Below are positions 56,930 to 64,000 of a stretch of 64,000 bases of DNA, one piece after another. The translations under genes were made by a program, and so were the position numbers. The notes under the pieces are model-generated. The model had not been told where the DNA came from and ran no database searches. It saw nothing but the letters and a program-made list of their open reading frames with translations. The stretch's first letter is position 1, and every line of letters starts with the position of its first letter. Source of the stretch: Candidatus Woesearchaeota archaeon (GTDB lineage Archaea > Nanobdellota > Nanobdellia > Woesearchaeales > WJKB01); NCBI GenBank assembly GCA_014729345.1, contig WJKB01000056.1:71-64070 (forward strand), in the 5' to 3' direction.

Positions 56930-57778
56930 ATGGCACAGATGCACCTGCTGGTAGGCGTTATGGAACCGGAAAAAGAGATCTCACCTTCGGATAGGAAAGT
57001 CTCTGTAAAGATGATGGAGGAGAGGGATGAGCTTATGAAAAATCTGGACAAAGAGGGTATCCCCTACACCAGAGTTTGGTCCAAATGGCCCCAGGATGAC
57101 TTTGTTTCCCACAAAGGAGAGGTATTTCTCAGGAAGGACTATGGTTTTTATGCAGATGGAGGATATGTTTTCGCGCTAGACAGCATGATCATAGTCGGGG
57201 AGCATGCAAGCAGGAGGCAAAAGGGCTATAATCACACACCAGAACAGAGAGGAAGGATCCTGAAGATGATTTTCGGAGAAACCGATTATGTGGTACTCCC
57301 TTCCCCGGACTGCAGATGGCATCCTGATATGGTTCCCCACATAGACCTTGTGTCGCTGCCTGTCCCTCAGAAAGCAAAAATGTATGTGGATAAACGCTAT
57401 CTGGACATGACAAAGAACAGTTGCAAAGACGATGCACAGAGGATCCTGGGCAGAAGAGGCAATGTATTGGAAGAGATTACAGAAAGGCTTGGGATGGAAC
57501 TGAAGGCAGTCAGACACGATTACAGCAGACCATCATATCCATGCAACACGCAGGTAGTTGAGCATGAAGGAGATCTCTATGCGATCACAAACAGTGATTC
57601 AAAAGAGTTTGTACATATGCTCAGGAAAGATGGTTTCAGGGTCATAGCAGTTCCGTTTTCAGCAAACTGCAGCAGAGGAGGCAGCGTACACTGCGCAACC
57701 AACCTCTGCCCAGCTGACAAGGTCGAAGAGATTGCCGGATTCCTGCCTGCAAGACAGAAAGATATATATGACAGGTAA
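56930..57778 (+). CDS. amidinotransferase-superfamily (pentein fold) guanidino-group-modifying enzyme, DDAH/arginine-agmatine deiminase-like
   Basis: C-terminal GGSVHCATN matches the catalytic-Cys motif (GGGxxHC[IA]T) of agmatine/arginine deiminase-type enzymes. Length 282 aa fits DDAH-like members. Confidence 0.45.
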   Translation: MAQMHLLVGVMEPEKEISPSDRKVSVKMMEERDELMKNLDKEGIPYTRVWSKWPQDDFVSHKGEVFLRKDYGFYADGGYVFALDSMIIVGEHASRRQKGYNHTPEQRGRILKMIFGETDYVVLPSPDCRWHPDMVPHIDLVSLPVPQKAKMYVDKRYLDMTKNSCKDDAQRILGRRGNVLEEITERLGMELKAVRHDYSRPSYPCNTQVVEHEGDLYAITNSDSKEFVHMLRKDGFRVIAVPFSANCSRGGSVHCATNLCPADKVEEIAGFLPARQKDIYDR

Positions 57779-57862
57779 GTTCAGTTAAGTAAACGACCAT
57801 AAGTATATGACTCCAAATAGTTCATGACCAGAGAGATATAAGATTCCAGGATTATCTCATGT

Positions 57863-58717
57863 GTGCGTATGCTGTCAGAAGATTTTTCAGAAGACAATTT
57901 ATCAAAATTTATATACGATGACATATTCTTGCATATCATGAAATCCGCGATAATCATATCAAAACAGGATCCTGCCTTTGAAACCTTTGAAAAGGCTTTC
58001 TCTGATGCAGGGCTTCCTCTAGAAGCATCCATCTATCCTGTACAGGAAACGGCTGTTTTCCAGGAAGACATCGACAGGAAGATAGATGCAGATGTGTTCA
58101 TATTCGCCTCAAGGCATTCAGGCAAAGGGGAGATAAGGTCACTCTGCGTACATACGCCTGGAAACTGGGACAAAGCCCTGCTGGGAGGCAGGCATGGGGA
58201 GCTGTGCACAGCGTACCCTTCATTGGTGAAGCTTGTATACCAACAGTTCTGCAAGGCTGCACAGGGTTCCGGCTACCAGCCCACGTTGGAAGTCACGCAT
58301 CACGGCCCTCTGATAGACAAGCCCTGCCTTTTTGTGGAGACAGGGCCTTCTGAAAAGGAATGGAAAGACCAACAGGCAGCAGATATGGTCGCATCCTCTG
58401 TCTCAGAAGTGCTCAACAAGAATATCAGCAGGATAGCAGGCAGCCACAGGATCGCCTTTGGGATCGGAGGCACCCATTACTGCTCCAACTTCAACAAGGT
58501 AGAGCTGGACACAGATATTGCCCTTTCTCATATCTGCCCCAAGCATATGCTTGAGCACCTTGATGAAAGTATGGTCCTTAAGGCTTTTGAAAGGTCATTC
58601 CAGAAACCGGGTTTTGCAATCCTTGACTGGAAAGGCATGGGAAAGGAAAAACAGAGGATCATCAGCCTTCTTGAAAGCATGGACATCCCTTTCATGCGCA
58701 GTGACAGGGTACGATGA
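57863..58717 (+). CDS. possible archaeal D-aminoacyl-tRNA deacylase (DtdA-like)
   Basis: Size and segments (IFASRHSGKGEIRSLCVHTPGNW, FGIGGTHY) recall the archaeal DtdA family. The call is tentative. Confidence 0.3.
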   Translation: MRMLSEDFSEDNLSKFIYDDIFLHIMKSAIIISKQDPAFETFEKAFSDAGLPLEASIYPVQETAVFQEDIDRKIDADVFIFASRHSGKGEIRSLCVHTPGNWDKALLGGRHGELCTAYPSLVKLVYQQFCKAAQGSGYQPTLEVTHHGPLIDKPCLFVETGPSEKEWKDQQAADMVASSVSEVLNKNISRIAGSHRIAFGIGGTHYCSNFNKVELDTDIALSHICPKHMLEHLDESMVLKAFERSFQKPGFAILDWKGMGKEKQRIISLLESMDIPFMRSDRVR

Positions 58718-58807
58718 TGTCCATAGGATAGAACTGGTCGCGATCCTGCACGACACGCCGCAACATCATGCCGCAACATAAGCTATAGAAGATATCTCGT
58801 CCCTTGA

Positions 58808-59725
58808 TCATAGAAGATCGCAGTCACACCTGCAGTCCCCGCTTGAGCTGCAGTATACGTCCACAAGGACGCCGTCAGCAGTCTCGCAATGGTCTTCGCA
58901 TTCGTCCTCTTTCCATTCGCAGTGGCTGTCATCCAGGCATTCTGTCATGTAACAGCTGTTATCCAAACAGTAGGGTATGGATGTAGGGCAGTCATCATCA
59001 TCCTTGCATTGGTCTTTTTTGCAGTATCCGTCCCTGCAGTAAGGCTGCTCATCAGGGCAGTCAGCATTCTTTGAGCAGGGGATATCTTCAAGGCATACAT
59101 AGTCATAGCAGATCTTGTCCCCCCCGCAGTCAGTGTCCTCATAACATTCCACGACCAGGCAGCTTCCGTCGATGCAGTCCATATCCTCGCCGCAGTCCGC
59201 GCTGATGTTGCATGAATCTCCCTCATGCGCGCAGCCGGGTATAGGCCTGTGCTCGCAGAGGTATTCTGTGCTGGCGTCGCAGACCTCTTCTGTGCATTCA
59301 TCGCCGTCGTCAGAGCAGTTCTCCATACAGGACTGTTCGAAAAAATCCTTGAAACCGTCTATCCTCCATCTGTCCTCAGCCCACACCATCTTCACAGGAG
59401 GTATGTTTTCTCCGCTTTCTGAATCTTTGTAATATGCGTAAGCAGTGGTGTCTGTATCCATGACCACCTTGTCAAATATAGGGTAAGAATCAGGTTCAAG
59501 TGTCTCGAGATAGGTCACGAACTCTGCAGAATCCTTCTTATCCTTCAGATCCTGGGTGAAAAGAACATAAGCATCTCCGTATTCCTTGTTCTGGAAAGAT
59601 AGCCCAAGCTTCTGCGCCGTTCTTTCAGCTTCTTCCTCTGAGCCTGCTTGTTTGCAGCCTGACATGAACACAAGGACAAGCAGCGCGATCCCGATAAACA
59701 CAGTGACGTTCTTCATTGTCTGCAC
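58808..59725 (-). CDS. cysteine-rich secreted lipoprotein with CxxDxDC-type repeats
   Basis: Lipobox-like signal (LLVLVFMSGC). The C-terminal half has at least 40 Cys in Asp-rich repeats (CPDEQPYCRDGYCKKDQCKDDDDCPTSIPYC...). Confidence 0.6.
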   Translation of the reverse strand: MQTMKNVTVFIGIALLVLVFMSGCKQAGSEEEAERTAQKLGLSFQNKEYGDAYVLFTQDLKDKKDSAEFVTYLETLEPDSYPIFDKVVMDTDTTAYAYYKDSESGENIPPVKMVWAEDRWRIDGFKDFFEQSCMENCSDDGDECTEEVCDASTEYLCEHRPIPGCAHEGDSCNISADCGEDMDCIDGSCLVVECYEDTDCGGDKICYDYVCLEDIPCSKNADCPDEQPYCRDGYCKKDQCKDDDDCPTSIPYCLDNSCYMTECLDDSHCEWKEDECEDHCETADGVLVDVYCSSSGDCRCDCDLL

Positions 59726-59855
59726 TTCCTGAACAGTGCCTGTCGATAGCGCTTATATGCAGCACCAATATCTTCAGGCGGAATGGTTATCCAGGCAAAT
59801 TTGTCGATTATGGATATATCCATGGACATGTATTATATAAATATTCCTGACAGGA

Positions 59856-60653
59856 TCACTCTTTTTTCTCCTCTTTTGCAGCGCCGCCCTCAGCAGGGGC
59901 AGCTCCGCCAGCTGGAGCTCCTTCTTTTGGCGCAGCTGCTCCTTCAGCAGAAGCAGCGCCCTCAGCAGGCATAAACTCGCTTATGATCTCTTCGGGTATC
60001 TTTGCCTCATGCAGCTTGGACTTTATCTCTCCTCTTTCCTTGCCTTCCATCTTTGCTATTATGGACTTTGCTGTAGCCTCGAACTCAGCTCTTCTCTCTT
60101 CCATCTCAGCTGCGAGCTTCTTCTTCTCAGCCTCAAGTTTCTTGAGCTCTTCGGCAGTAAGCTCTGTCTTTTCAGTCCTGATCTCCTCGTCAAACTTGCC
60201 CAGTTCGATATCTTTAAGCGTCTCTGTTGCAGGCTTCCCTTCCACCAGGATCCCCATGCTGTTGCATGTGCCCACTATCTCCCTGACCTCCTCTTTGAGA
60301 GATTTTCCCAGCAGGTTGTCTTCTTTCATCTTTGCGACCTTGATCATCTGCTCGATCAGCACGTCCGCAACCTTGTCAGTGTTGGGGTTGCCGCTGCCTT
60401 TGTCGATGCCTGCCTCTTTCTTTATGAGCGCAGAAGCAGGAGGCGTTCCTACCTCTATGGAAAACTCTTTAGTATCAGAATTAACAGTGACTTTTACAGG
60501 CACTTGCATGCCTTTGAAAGACTCTGTCTTCTTGTTTATCTCAGCCACAACCTGGCCTATATTGACTCCTGTGGGGCCAAGAGCAGGCCCTAACGGAGGC
60601 GCAGCCGTGGCTTTTCCTCCTTCAATGAGAGATTCCACTGTCTGTTCTGCCAT
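59856..60653 (-). CDS. rpl11: ribosomal protein uL11 with about 110-aa C-terminal extension (charged coiled-coil plus Ala/Pro/Gly-rich tail ending KEEKKE)
   Basis: GGKATAAPPLGPALGPTGVNIGQVVAEIN is the uL11 signature. The true start is probably Met MAEQT at 60653 (the listed ORF extends to 60695). The C-terminal tail resembles a P-stalk (aP1/P0) hinge and acidic region. Confidence 0.85.
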   Translation of the reverse strand: MAEQTVESLIEGGKATAAPPLGPALGPTGVNIGQVVAEINKKTESFKGMQVPVKVTVNSDTKEFSIEVGTPPASALIKKEAGIDKGSGNPNTDKVADVLIEQMIKVAKMKEDNLLGKSLKEEVREIVGTCNSMGILVEGKPATETLKDIELGKFDEEIRTEKTELTAEELKKLEAEKKKLAAEMEERRAEFEATAKSIIAKMEGKERGEIKSKLHEAKIPEEIISEFMPAEGAASAEGAAAPKEGAPAGGAAPAEGGAAKEEKKE

Positions 60654-60689
60654 GTTTAAAACCGCTATCTTTGATGATTTACATGTTTC

Positions 60690-60713
60690 AACCACTTGGT
60701 ATATAAAGTGGTT
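60690..60713. promoter_or_regulatory. TATA-like element embedded in an 8-bp perfect inverted repeat (aaccactt-ggtatata-aagtggtt) about 45 bp upstream of the uL11 start
   Basis: Inverted repeat read directly from the sequence. On the minus strand the loop reads tttatata. Confidence 0.4.
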
Positions 60714-60805
60714 TTGAACATGTCCAGAAACCTGGATTTATTCAAGTTTCAGGCATTTTACACTGAAAATAAAGGTCTTATTTAAATGCTTTTCGATTTA
60801 AGTAT

Positions 60806-61399
60806 TCATTTCTTCGGAGGTATGCCAAGAGGCCCTTGGGCCATGCCTCCCTTATTCCCGCCTGCAGCCTCCTCCTCTTCATCATTGGAATCTCTTCTGA
60901 TGACCTTGACTGCATCCATCTTGACAGTGATAGGGATAGGGACAGCTGCCTCAAGCAGCTCTACCACTACCTCTTCCTTGGCCTTGTCTATCCTGGTGAT
61001 CTTGGCGTTCTCCCTCTTGAAAGGCCCTGATATGATCTCTACGATATCGTTCTTCTTGATATTCACTTCGCGCTTGACCTGCTCAAGCATGTGCTCGATC
61101 TCTTTGTAGTCTATCTCTGCAGGCAGTATCCCTCTTGCATAGGGGACATTAAAGGCTGCCTGCTCTGCATCTGTCTTTGAGGCTGATTCAAGGAATATAT
61201 ATCCCCTCATGCCATGCGGCCTTATGACTGCATAAACCTCAAGGCCTTTTTTCCTGGCATTGGATGTGACAAAATCCATGACCTGGTCTTCCCTGTTTGC
61301 TGTTGTCCTCAAAGCATAGATGTTTGATTTAACTTCTGCTTCAGCCATTTTGCACAAAGTCCTACTATTATCAGAACCTTTTTTCACCTCTTTTATCAA
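60806..61399 (-). CDS. spt5: transcription elongation factor Spt5 (NusG homolog)
   Basis: NGN-domain start IYALRTTANREDQV and a KOW-like region (IVEIISGPFKRENAKITRIDK). Conserved position between secE and uL11. Confidence 0.8.
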   Translation of the reverse strand: MIKEVKKGSDNSRTLCKMAEAEVKSNIYALRTTANREDQVMDFVTSNARKKGLEVYAVIRPHGMRGYIFLESASKTDAEQAAFNVPYARGILPAEIDYKEIEHMLEQVKREVNIKKNDIVEIISGPFKRENAKITRIDKAKEEVVVELLEAAVPIPITVKMDAVKVIRRDSNDEEEEAAGGNKGGMAQGPLGIPPKK

Positions 61400-61599
61400 A
61401 ACAATAACTGTTTGCCCATGTTTATGATGAACCCCACCAGCCCGATGATCATTATCCCCAAGCCTGAGACCTTAACGATGGTCTTGAACTCCTCTTTGGA
61501 GGGCTTTTTGGTTACCTTAAGCACTCTTCTGCACTCCTTTGCAAAGCTCTTTATCCTCGTAAACATGCTTGTATTATGCTCATCCATCTTAATCCACAA
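61396..61599 (-). CDS. secE: protein translocase subunit SecE / Sec61-gamma
   Basis: The 67-aa ORF has a single C-terminal TM helix (VSGLGIMIIGLVGFIINM) and sits at the conserved position upstream of spt5. Confidence 0.7.
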   Translation of the reverse strand: MWIKMDEHNTSMFTRIKSFAKECRRVLKVTKKPSKEEFKTIVKVSGLGIMIIGLVGFIINMGKQLLF

Positions 61600-62905
61600 A
61601 CTCTATCCCCAGTTCGGATTCGATCTCCTTTTTCTTTTTTTCGCTTACCTGCGCTCCAGGCCCGAATATCTGTGATGATTTCACGCCTGTAACTATCAGC
61701 ATAACCCTAAGATTCTTGTCAAAATCATCATATATCTGTGCTCCCCATATCACTGTCGCGTCGTCATTCAGCCTTTCTGACACAGCTTCCACAACCCTCC
61801 TTGCCTCATCCAGGGTCATGTCGGATCCTCCTGCAACATTGATCAGCGCCCCGTTGGCGCCCGCTATGTCCACGTCAAGCAGAGGGTTTGAGATGGCTTT
61901 CTCCACAGATTCTGTAGCCCTGTTCTCTGTATCTGACTCTCCGACACCGATGAGGGCTACCCCTCCGTTGCTCATGACTGTCCTTATGTCAGCGAAGTCA
62001 AGGTTGACCAGGCCTGCTTTTGTGACAAGCTCAGCGATCCCCTTGACAGCGTTTGTGAGTATCTCGTCCGCAACCTTGAAGGCTGTGTGCAGCGGCAGGT
62101 CCGGAGCAAGCTCCAGCAGCTTGTCATTGGGTATGACTATCAGGGTGTCCACCATGCTCTCAAGCTTTTCCAGGCCTATGACAGCGTTCTCGTACCTCCT
62201 CCTACCCTCCATGGCAAAAGGTATGGTCACCACTCCCACTGTGAGAGCTCCCATCTTTTTCGCCACTTCAGCTATCACAGGAGCTGAGCCTGTACCTGTG
62301 CCTCCTCCCAGGCCGCAGGTTATGAAGACCATGTCAGATCCTGTCAGTGATTTCTTGATATCATGCTCATTTTCTCTCGCCGCCTCTTCCCCTATCTTTG
62401 GGTTTGAGCCTGCTCCCATCCCTTTGGTGACATCCTTGCCTACAAGCAGTTTCTTGTCAGCGGACGTATACAGCAGGTCCTGGGCATCTGTGTTCACAGC
62501 GATGGTCTCTGTACCGAGGATCCCCACTTCAGTGATCCTGTTGATGGTATTGTTTCCGCCTCCTCCTGATCCGACCACCTTTATGGTGGCTTTCTGCTGG
62601 GAGAGCAGGTCCTGCAGCTCCTTGTCAGCCATGTTTGCAGGCGGAGCTTCTGCAGCGCCAGGGCTTTCCCTGGATTCCTGTTTTACGCTTATCTCAGACT
62701 CTTTTGATGCTGAGCTGCTGCTTGATCCCTGTTCCTCGGTGCTGACTGATGTTTCTGAGACAGTTGCACTGTCATCCTGTCCTGACTGCTGACTGTAAGT
62801 CTGCGACTCGTCAGTCCTATCCTCATACGAAGGCTGAGAATTTTCCGAGCTGCCTTCTTCTGTTTTCATATAATTATTTTGCTCCTCCACCTTGTTCCAC
62901 CTCAA
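61589..62905 (-). CDS. ftsZ: cell division GTPase FtsZ with about 100-aa Ser/Glu/Gln-rich N-terminal extension
   Basis: Tubulin signature GGGTGTGSAPVIAEVAKKMGALTVGVVTIPFAMEGRRR, plus the T7 loop and a C-terminal conserved peptide. A TATA-like tatttaaata at 62935-62944 supports the upstream start. Confidence 0.9.
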   Translation of the reverse strand: MRWNKVEEQNNYMKTEEGSSENSQPSYEDRTDESQTYSQQSGQDDSATVSETSVSTEEQGSSSSSASKESEISVKQESRESPGAAEAPPANMADKELQDLLSQQKATIKVVGSGGGGNNTINRITEVGILGTETIAVNTDAQDLLYTSADKKLLVGKDVTKGMGAGSNPKIGEEAARENEHDIKKSLTGSDMVFITCGLGGGTGTGSAPVIAEVAKKMGALTVGVVTIPFAMEGRRRYENAVIGLEKLESMVDTLIVIPNDKLLELAPDLPLHTAFKVADEILTNAVKGIAELVTKAGLVNLDFADIRTVMSNGGVALIGVGESDTENRATESVEKAISNPLLDVDIAGANGALINVAGGSDMTLDEARRVVEAVSERLNDDATVIWGAQIYDDFDKNLRVMLIVTGVKSSQIFGPGAQVSEKKKKEIESELGIEFVD

Positions 62906-62934
62906 CAGTCCTAAAAAATAATAACCACAACAGG

Positions 62935-62944
62935 TATTTAAATA
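62935..62944 (-). promoter_or_regulatory. TATA box (palindromic tatttaaata) about 30 bp upstream of the ftsZ start
   Basis: Same aggtatttaaata motif recurs upstream of the genes starting at 22344 and 17881. Confidence 0.45.
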
Positions 62945-62950
62945 TTGTGA

Positions 62951-63682
62951 TTATTTTTCCTTTTTCTCAGCCTCTTTTTCTGTATTGTTTTTGGTGAAAG
63001 TGATTTTCTTGATATCAGTCAGCCTTGCTATCTCTTCCTGGAGCTTTTCAGCGATCTCTTGGGGTATCTCCTTCCCTGTGCTTATCACAGCCACGGAATC
63101 CTTTATATCCACATCAAGATCCTTAAGTCCAAGAGCCAGGCTGACAAATGCCTTGACCTTCTCCTTGTCATCTTTTACGACCCTTTTCAGGTCTATGTCA
63201 TATACAACCTCTTTGCCTGAAAGCGGATGGTTGAAGTCCACCACAGTCCTTCCTCCTGTAACAGTCCTTATGGTGCCCATCGCTCCGTCGATGTTCACCT
63301 GCAGTCCTGGCACAGGATCGATCTTCTGCTGCCTGAAGATGTTTGTAGGCACTATCCTGAGCAGTTTTGCGTCTTTTTTTCCGAAACCTTCTTCAGGCGC
63401 CAGCTCAATCGTGTGCTTTCCAACACTCTTTCCCACCAGCTTCTGGTCAAGGCCTGAGAGCAGCTGACCTTCCCCCAGGCACACTATGGCAGGTCCGTAT
63501 TTCATGTTCTTGTCCCAGATACCTTCTTCTTTAGCTGTCTTTTCTGAAGTGGTGTCAAAGACCATACCTTCATCTTTTAGCCTTCCAGTATATTCCAGTT
63601 CTATGAATTCTCCTTTTTCTGCCATCTTATCATTCCTTATTAGGTCCTGCAACCTGTTTCCATCACTGCAATCTGTTTCCAT
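62951..63682 (-). CDS. FKBP-type peptidyl-prolyl cis-trans isomerase (archaeal long-type)
   Basis: FKBP core IELEYTGRLKDEGMVFDTT...YGPAIVCLGEGQLLSGLDQKLVGKSVGKHTIELAPEEGFG, followed by an insert/C-terminal domain. Confidence 0.75.
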   Translation of the reverse strand: METDCSDGNRLQDLIRNDKMAEKGEFIELEYTGRLKDEGMVFDTTSEKTAKEEGIWDKNMKYGPAIVCLGEGQLLSGLDQKLVGKSVGKHTIELAPEEGFGKKDAKLLRIVPTNIFRQQKIDPVPGLQVNIDGAMGTIRTVTGGRTVVDFNHPLSGKEVVYDIDLKRVVKDDKEKVKAFVSLALGLKDLDVDIKDSVAVISTGKEIPQEIAEKLQEEIARLTDIKKITFTKNNTEKEAEKKEK

Positions 63683-64000
63683 ACCTGCACATCACTCAGC
63701 TCATCCCTAAAATATGTCAGCTATGATTGTTAGCTCCCTCTAGCTTGTAACAGTGCCAGAAGCAATATATTCTTAAAAAAACAAGGCTTGTATATAAATG
63801 TTATGCTTATGATGCTTATGGCAGCTTAAGCAGCATCCAGCCGAAGTTGAATTCATCGATGATCAGCCTCTCTGAAAAAAAGGGCTTTTCTGCAGGTCTC
63901 TCCAGCCCACCTGAGGCCCTGTACATACCACCTGCCTTCTTCCTGCACCAGCTTCAGGCTTTTCACCCTGTCAGGAGGATTGTCCTGCGCAGGCACGGTC

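Overview
Archaeal chromosomal window. Calls rest on protein motifs and gene order: class III (prepilin-like) signal peptides, type III RuBisCO, Elp3, Spt5-uL11 and ftsZ-secE gene order, and TTTAAATA-type TATA boxes. Many predicted proteins are Asp/Glu-rich, which is compatible with a DPANN or halophile-like lineage; that placement is inference only. Both strands are densely coding. No rRNA, tRNA or CRISPR was recognised.

Main blocks:
- 296-7176 (+): a Tad/archaellum-like type IV pilus locus. It has a DUF361-type pilin, two small pilin-like membrane proteins, a FlaI/TadA-family ATPase and two single-domain TadB/TadC-like membrane proteins.
- 7588-16188 (+): housekeeping and unknown genes. These are an NFACT-R protein, NAD(P)H-hydrate dehydratase, a Kef/CPA2 antiporter with a TrkA domain, a YhbY/CRM protein, three unknown proteins including an Endo IV-like TIM barrel with a large insertion, and a small methyltransferase.
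- 16856-29203: a repeat-containing HExxH metalloprotease, a tandem Fis-HTH regulator, a nucleotidyltransferase, an acidic surface protein, an HD hydrolase and type III RuBisCO with a PRTase-like protein nearby, a flavin reductase-like protein and a SAM methyltransferase.
- 29383-49555 (-): the most striking block. It is a tightly packed cluster of a winged-helix regulator, a prepilin-like membrane protein, a giant 4967-aa secreted or surface protein (14.9 kb), a 1213-aa repeat-containing membrane protein and a small membrane protein. The giant protein carries a TPR-like segment and an internal HD-GYP-like motif set (HD...HH...GYP). The cluster is flanked by an AT-rich intergenic region with tandem 14-bp and 11-bp direct repeats.
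- 49994-63682: acyl-CoA ligase, Elp3, a CaCA-like exchanger, membrane and zinc-ribbon proteins, an amidinotransferase-fold protein, a possible DtdA, a cysteine-rich lipoprotein, and the conserved archaeal ftsZ-secE-spt5-uL11 cluster with an FKBP gene beyond ftsZ. The uL11 gene has an unusual C-terminal extension and is not followed by L1/L10/L12.
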